Below are positions 55,109-64,000 of a stretch of 64,000 nt of DNA, piece after piece. Within the stretch, counting starts at the first letter, position 1, and the number at the start of each line of letters is the position of its first letter. Under the pieces are notes generated by a model that was not told the DNA's origin, ran no database searches, and worked only from the letters and a program-made list of their open reading frames with translations. The translations under genes and the position numbers were made by a program. This DNA comes from the human T2T-CHM13v2.0 reference genome, Homo sapiens. Where the stretch lies: NCBI RefSeq assembly GCF_009914755.1, contig NC_060941.1. One strand, 5' to 3'.

Positions 55109-56474
55109 GGATGAGAACATTGCCCGCCTCACAGGCGGTTATGAGCATGGAATGAGGGAGGGAGCACAGTTACATTCTTAGAGCAGGTTCTTGGCACACA
55201 GTAAGTCCTCAATAAAGGCCGTGGAGGAGGAACATTACAGCCCGTATTGCACTGCATGGCGACTGCACTCCTGTGTCTTCCCCATCGTCTGAAACCTCCC
55301 AGGGGATGGGAGGGCCAGCAACAGCCAAAGGCGGAGTGAGAGGAACGTAAAAGCCAAAGAAAGCCCATGGGCCCTTAGGAAGAAACTGAAGGACGAGGAG
55401 GACATGGAGAGGTGGAGAGGAAGGAGGGAGGCTGCAGGAAGCAGCTGGAGCAGGGTGATAGTGCACAGAGCAGGAGAGGAGATGCAGACGGTCAGCAAAC
55501 ACAGGAAAATGTCCAGTCTCCCAAAAATCAGAAAAACAACTGAACAATGAAAAACTAACTTTCAGCCCTCAGGTTGCAAAGTTTTAAAGTTGGTAACATC
55601 AAGGGCAGGGGGTTGATCTACAGAAACATGAACTCAGGGCCCACTGGAGGGAGGGAGCTGGCAGCAGCGTTCTGGAGAGTAACCAGCCAGGGTCAGTTAA
55701 ATGCACAACACACACCTAACCCACCCCCCAGAAATTCTCCTCCTCCGTGAGCCTCCTGATGACAGCGAGAAACGGGAAACAATGTAAATGTCCATGCAGC
55801 AGAGGATGCCTGAATAAGCAGGGTGCACAGGCCAGAGCCAGGAGTCTATTGCACAGTTAAAAGAATGAGAAATCTCGAAGCTTTCAGGACAGACGCTGAG
55901 TAAATAAAAGTAGCTTATAGCATGAGCCTTACAGCATGATGCCTTTTAGTAAAACAAAACCAAAAGCAAACAACATGCACACACACACACACAGTACAGC
56001 GCTGTGTTGTCTGTGATCACGCACACATGACTGTGAAGCATAAGAAGTCTGCAAAGACATGCATGACGAAACTGGCTCTCGCCGGGTGGGGCAAGAGGGA
56101 ACCAGGACTGGGGGTGACCGTCAAAGGGGACTTTAGCCCTATTTGTAGGGCTAAACATTTTACGTTTAGGGCTTTTACATTTGTAGGGGTTTTACATTTA
56201 ATTACTTGTTTACATTTAATTACTTGTGTCAATGAACAGTGACAAAACCATAGCTGGGCTCTGGCAGTGGATTTCTAAGAGAGAGGTAAGAAAGAGATCC
56301 CATTGCCAGGAACTTTCTGCCTGTTGAAATGGGCAAGCCCAAAGTCACTACAGGATGCCCTCACTGAGTCCCCCCTCACCTCCTGTTTGCATACCCCCAG
56401 GGTCAGGGCTCTCACCACCTCACGGAGCAGCTGGCTCCCTGGGGGGTAGCTCTGATGGTTAGAAAGCTCAGCTC

Positions 56475-56980
<506 letters not shown>

Positions 56981-59900
56981 GGAGGAGGAGGAAGAAGAAG
57001 GAGAAGGAGAAAGAGGAGAAGGAAGGAGAAGAAGGAAAGACAGCAAGTTCAGCTTTGTCCAGTGAGCAGACTGTGCTTCCAGACTGTGCTTCCATGGGAC
57101 TGAATGCTGCTCTCTGCAGCCACACACATTGTCCTGGAGTTTTAAAGCCAATACCTGTTATGCCTGAAATGAAAAACAAACAGAATCCAGCCTGATTTGG
57201 GGAGTGGCTGAGAATTGAATGGCAGGGTTCCCTAATGTCTTACTGCCAATCACAGCTTGTTAATGCTTTTGCTCAAATGCAGTTTACAGAGAATGGATTT
57301 AATTTGCTTTCTATTTTCTTTAATTAGATGGTGTAATTTACAGACAGTGAAATGCACCCTTTTAAAATGGGAAGTTCAGTAAGTGTTCTCATACATGCAC
57401 ACCCAGGCAACCACAACCCAGATCACAACTCAGAGCATGCACAGCCCCCAGAAGGTCCCTCACTGCCCCTTCCAGCCAGCACACCCCACTCCATCCCCAA
57501 GAGAGTCACAATTCTGACTCCTGCCACCACAGATTCATTTTGCTTGTTCCCCAAACTTTGTATAAATGGAAACATACAAATGGGATCGTTTCATGAAACA
57601 CAAAAATAGATTCCCCCTCTGCACTGGCTCCCCCAGAAGATTGAACAGGTGCTGGAGGTTTCTAAAGCTCATTCTGAGACCAGCCTTTTTTTGAGCTGTC
57701 TCCCAAGAGGATGCGGGATTCTAATTTTAAGCTCCACAGCCAAGGTGACAGAAGAGATTTAGAACCCAGAGTAGAGATAACTCATATACCTTAAGGTTTT
57801 GGACCTGGTTCATTTATATATGTATAATTAGCGAGTTAAAATGCACACATAGTAAAGAAAAAAATTCAAGCAGTAAAAGAATATGGCGGAAGTAAATTTC
57901 TCTCCTGTCTGGTTATCCTAGGCCCATGATGTCCCTACTCAAAGGCGGCAACCCTTAGTGGACCTTGTTCATACAGCCTCCCAGCAAAGCCTAGGCATTT
58001 CTGAGCATGTGCGTGTCGCTAGAGGATATATTTCACCTCTCCCTCCCCCTCCATACCTTTTTTTTTTTTTTAACACAACTGCTGGCTTATACAGATCAAG
58101 GTTGCTGTTTAGCATGCCACCTTTTCCATTTAGTATAGCCTGCCGGACAGTTCTTAGCTTTTGAAATGAACTCCTACAGTGCTCATTGGGAGTAACAACA
58201 GGGAAAACTTAGGGCACTGTTCTAAACACGTAACATCTGCTCATTTAATTCACATTTTACCGTCTTTGTCACCTTGAGGGGCATGAGCTCCTTAAGTTAA
58301 ATTGTTTGAAGAAAGGCAACACTGGCCTGTTGATCAATATTTCCCAGGGAGATGGTTCCACTCTGCACTAGCATGTCCGTGGTATTTTGGCCCTAAAGAC
58401 CCACATCCCTGCAGGTGCTGTGGTCTCTTTGAGCTCCCTCATGTCTGCCACCTACTCCTGGTCCCTTGAGGCCCTGCTGTTGAACCTCCTCTGAGACAGT
58501 TCTGGGTGTAAAACAAAAGGAAGAGTCTCCAAAAGAGGACATTTCTTAGACATGCAGCGAAAGCCCTCATTTTCATTATTGCCATTTACATAGATGACTC
58601 AGATGTGCTGAATTTCCTGTTGCTAATGTAGCTGTACATTTGTGCTAATTTCTCAGAAATGCTAGATACCATTATTTTAGCAAAACTCACTTTGAAAAAG
58701 CAAAGAGCAGGGTTTAAAATAATAATAATAAGGGTCCCCAGTGTTCTGTGGGAAGATCTAGTTTCTCTACTTTAAAATGTTTCCCTCCTAACTTTTTATT
58801 ATGAAAACTTCAAAACTTCAAGAAAGTTAAAATTATAATGAAGACTCAGGGACCCTCCACCAAGATTCAGTAGCTCTTCACCTTGGTGTCTGCATGGCTC
58901 CATCCATCTCTGTCTCTTCCTGCCTGCCTTCTGGCTGAGACCCTGAAGGCAATTTGCAGACATCCCGACACTGCAGTCCTAAGTGTGTCCACAAGGCACC
59001 TCCTAAGAAAATGGACATTCTCTCACATAGACTGTCATGATCACATCTAAGAAAGTCAATCATAGTTCAATAAGACCATCTGACATCTAGTCCACATTTA
59101 AATGGCCCTGGTGCTTATAAGACATTTTCCATGGCTGCATCTTTTGAATCGGTATCCCTCTGGGGGTCACATATTACATCCGGTCATTGTATCTGTGTAG
59201 TCCTTTTTTGGCTAGAGCAGTCCCTTCCCTTTTGCTCTTTTTCTTCTCTTTTATCTTTTTTTCCTTTGTTTGGTGTGTTTGACGTTGACTTTGTGAAGAG
59301 ACTTGGCCGTGGTCTTGTGAAATGTCCCATGGCTGATCTCTCGGGCTGTATCCTCCTGGTGTTGGTTCACGTGTTCCTCCATCCTCTGAGAGCTCCTGGA
59401 GGTGCATGATGTTGGCTTTCTCCCCCCACGGTGATGCTGTCAGATCCCTTGTTAAGATGGTGACACCAGCTGTTCCCCTGTGGAGGCACACTGTCCCTTT
59501 TGCAATTAGTGTCCCTTGTGGGCAATGCCTTGTGAGCATCCTGGTTCCCAACAGAAAGGACGACCCTTCTGTTGATCATTTTAGCATCTTTGGCCAAAAC
59601 CAATATTCCACTTGCAAGATGGTAACTTTCGATACCTTTTAGATTCCTTCTACATTTTTTAGCTGGTGTTTTTCTGTAAATAGAGCTTTCTTGTTATTTT
59701 CCCCTTTGAAAAAAAAATACAGAAAATAACCATGAAAAATATAACCAACATCCATATTTTCACCACTGAGAATTTGTGTTAAAATTTTGGCATATTCACC
59801 TTCAAGTTTTTCTTATAAGAAGGAAAACATGACAGTGAAATCTCCGAAATCCCCCAACTCCCCCCTATTCTACTTCCTACCCTACACTCGCCATCATAAA

Positions 59901-60745
59901 TGTGGCTCTATCTTCCAGGCCCCTTTTTATACTTTTATGAGTACAGTACAGAATGTTTTAGCTATGAAAAATACAGTATATAGCATTATTTTGCGTGTTA
60001 TTTTTAAACATTTTATATAAATAGCATTCTAAATCTATCATTATGCCCCTTTCTTTTCTCACCCAACACCTTTGAGATCAGCTCATATGGATGCTCATAT
60101 AATGAGCTCATTCCCGTTTAGCTGCTCTATGGGATTCCACACATTCTTTTCCGTTCCTCCTCTACTGAAGAACACGTGGACTGTTTTTGATTCCTCGCTG
60201 TTAGGAGCCACGCTACAGTGGGCAGACCTGTGCGTGCCTTTGTGCAGATGTATGAGCATCTCTCTGAGTTGTGGCCAGCTTCACTAGATATTGCCCAAAT
60301 GACCACACTAATTAATATTCTCTCCCACCAGCAGCCACATGTGGCTGGCTCCTCCCTCATATCTTCATCCACATGGGATAGTATCAGACTATTACATTTT
60401 TGCCAAACTAATAGGTGAGAAATGGTATTTGTTGCTTTAATTTGTATTTCCCGATTTCTAGCAAGGCAGTGCACAGATGTTTCTCGGCCACTGTGAAGGG
60501 GTGTTTCCATGAGACACATGGGGTATGCTCTGCTCTGTGGATCTGAGCTGCTAGTGAATGCTCGGTCTCTCCTCTAGAGAGAGTGCCTCCTAGGCACTAA
60601 CAATCAGGTGGCTATCACAAAGGGAATGAAATTATTCTCAATTGTCATTGTCCTTATATTTGTATGAATAATATTGCTTGTCGCCTAGTACTTATCACCC
60701 GGCTTTCTATGAGCCAGGCTTTATTACTTTAACCACTTTACTTGA

Positions 60746-61072
<327 letters not shown>

Positions 61073-61429
61073 TAGGAATAGATTTATTATTTCCATTTTG
61101 CTGAAAAGGAGACAGAGGGTCAGAGTGGAACAGTGACTTGCCTAAGGTCATAGAGCTGGTAAGCGATCTGCTTCCAGAGCCCAAACCCTTCCCTCTGTAT
61201 AGTATTGCTCCTTCACACTCCTCCCAGATGCCCAGATAGTTCCCAGCAAGAATAAAAGATGGTTTCACACTGAAAGAAGAAGATTGGTTCTGGTTTTCTT
61301 GTCTCCTTCCCTGGTTCCCATGGCTATGAGCAGAGAAGTTGTTCGTTAACCAAAAATTACAGCCTTGCAAATAGCTCCTAGCCCATTTGCCCAGGTTTCT
61401 GGGTAGAAGACAAGCAGAGCAGGCAGCTA

Positions 61430-62045
61430 TAGTACAGCCGGCCCTTCATAGCTGCAGTTTCTGCCTCCACAGATTCAACTAACCACTAACCACAAGTAGA
61501 AAATAGAAATAATGGCCAGGCACAGTGGCTCATGCCTGTAAACTCAGCACTTTGGGAGGCTGAGGCGGGTGGACTGCTTGAGGTCAGGAGTTCAAGACCA
61601 GCCTGGTCAACATGGTGAAACCCTTTCTCTACTAAAAATACAAAAATTAGCCAGATGTGGTGGCAGACGCCTATAATCTCAGCTACTTGGGAGGCTGAGT
61701 CACGAGAACTGCTTGAACCCAGGAGGCAGAGGTTGCAGTGAGCAGAGATTACGTCATTGCACCCCAGCCTGGGTGACAGAGCAAGACTCCATCTCAAAAA
61801 AAAAAAAAATAGATAAAAAATAGAAAATAATGCAAATGAAAACAATATAGTATAACCATTTATATAGCATTTACATTGTATTAGGTGTTATAAGTAATCT
61901 AGAGATTATTTAAACTCTATGGGAGGATGTGCATAGCTTATATGCAAATACTACACATTTTATATCAGAGACTTGAGCATCTGCATATTTCGGTATTCTT
62001 AAGGACCTGGACCAGATCGCCTGTGGATACTGAGGGACAACTGTG
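61430..62045 (-). mobile_element. MER2 interrupted by an AluS (+, 61514-61810)
   Basis: MER2-like termini. Alu TSD aaaatagaaa. Confidence 0.75.
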
Positions 62046-62480
62046 CTTCTTTCTCACTCCAGGTCAGAAAGGAAGGGTGGGTTGGTAAACTCTTAATCTG
62101 TTCAAGTTTTTGGATTGGTTGTAGCCAGGGTGGGTGATCTGGGTGGGCAATGGAGCCACAGAACTGAACGTTCAAGAAACTTTTAGATCCTAAGTTGGGA
62201 AAAAGGAATCTCTCTCTCTCACTCGTTTTAGTTAAAGTCCTCTGTTGTACATGTGGTATTGGGCAGAGATACGTACAGGCTTCTGCAGCGTCATCAGAAC
62301 TCCAGAGGAGAGGTGGCTTCCAGGCGGGTGAGCCTTCAGGACTTCAGGTCCAGTCTGCCCATTTATAAATAGGAAAGCAGAGGCATTGAAACCTCTAGGT
62401 CCTAGGCTGCTTGAAGGCATCAAAGTGCCTGACTGGTCCTCAGAGCCTGGCAAAGTATTCAGCTTACAACATACATTTCA

Positions 62481-62909
<429 letters not shown>

Positions 62910-64000
62910 CTATTTGAGGAAGGAGAATCAATGAACCGGGTCCTTCGTGAGAAGATGTGGCCAGGTCCTGCCGTGAGGCCCTGGGTGACTCAGTGAGCAC
63001 TCCCTGTCCACAGCTCAGCGACTCACAGATGTCCCCAGGGAGAAGTACAGAAGCTGAGAGTCTGGACGAGGCCCCAGGCTGCCTGGCCCCTGCCTTCCTG
63101 CTCTCCTCTCCCACCTCTCCCGCTTAACTCCGCTGCAGCCACAGCCGTCTTGGTCTTCAGACAAGCCAGGCCCATTCTCCGCTCGGCCGCCTTGCCCCTG
63201 CTGCTGCCCTGCCAGGAGTGCTCAGCCTGTGGCTCTCTGAAGGACTGAGTCCTGGTTCCAACAGCACCTCCTCAAAGAGGACTTCCTAGATACCCTGGCC
63301 AGAGTCCCCACCCTGGCCACTCCCTACCACTCCCATCTGGTTTATTTCCTGAGCACTTGCTCCTGCTTGGACTGACCTGGCACGTCCCTGTGCTCGCTGG
63401 TGGGCTATCTGCTTCCCTCATCCGAAAGTGACTATGCCTCCGGCATCTGAGGCTGCACCTGGCATGTGGCAGGCGCTCAACAGACAGATGGTGCAAGAAC
63501 GAGAGAAAAAGAGGCCGGGGCTGAGCGTCATGCTGACGCCTCTGGAAACCTTTATCTCTGAGCAGTGGGGAGCCCCAGCTGGAAAAGGCCGCACGGCTCA
63601 TGGTGAAGGTGACGACGATGATGCATGTGTGTGCACGGCAGGTGTTAGGCTGACAATAAGTGGCCACAGTTAGCTGAACATCTACTATGTGCCAGATATG
63701 AACTTGATTTTTAAATCACTCCATCCTCAGAATAAGGCAAATGCTGCCACGACCCCCTTCTCACAGACGAGAGAGTCAAAGCCCAGAGAGACTGAGCTTT
63801 TTGCATCCAGTCTGGGATGTGGGGAGCTGAGATGTGCTCCCACAAATACCTGACCCCAAAGCCCAGGCTCTTTCTAGTGGGCAATGAACAGCTGAGGCTG
63901 TTACCAACTTTCTTCAGGCCCTGAATGGCAGCCCAACTTCCCGCTGACCCTGTTGTTCTTCTTTCTGCCCAGGGACTCCCTACCCTCTCAGAGCAGAAGA

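Overview
Human (or very close hominoid) genomic DNA, recognisable as 17p11.2. The minus strand carries the complete TNFRSF13B (TACI) gene. Its five coding exons are 54152-54092, 34652-34515, 31050-30805, 22590-22405 and 21876-21626 (61+138+246+186+251 = 882 nt, 293 aa), and all introns are GT-AG and phase 1. About 6 kb downstream on the same strand lies a multi-exon TBC1D3/TBC1D26/TBC1D28/USP6-family unprocessed pseudogene (TBC1D27P, about 5.0-15 kb), whose exons and lesions I reconstructed by hand. The rest is repeat-rich intron and intergenic DNA: more than 20 Alus, L1 fragments, MER41/MER4 LTRs, MER2, MER58, MLT1, microsatellites and a U6 snRNA fragment. Most interesting: (1) the pseudogene's lesions cluster in its 5' exons, while its 3' exons remain spliceable, open and phase-compatible with TACI, so a read-through TACI-TBC chimera with a swapped cytoplasmic tail is possible; (2) inverted Alus flank the skippable TACI exon 2; (3) the pseudogene preserves fossils of TBC1D3-family evolution (an exon-removing deletion, an Alu that duplicated a splice donor, and an 0.8-kb terminal-exon segment apparently absent from TBC1D3). 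Paralogue protein comparisons and repeat family names are from memory and need alignment or RepeatMasker confirmation.
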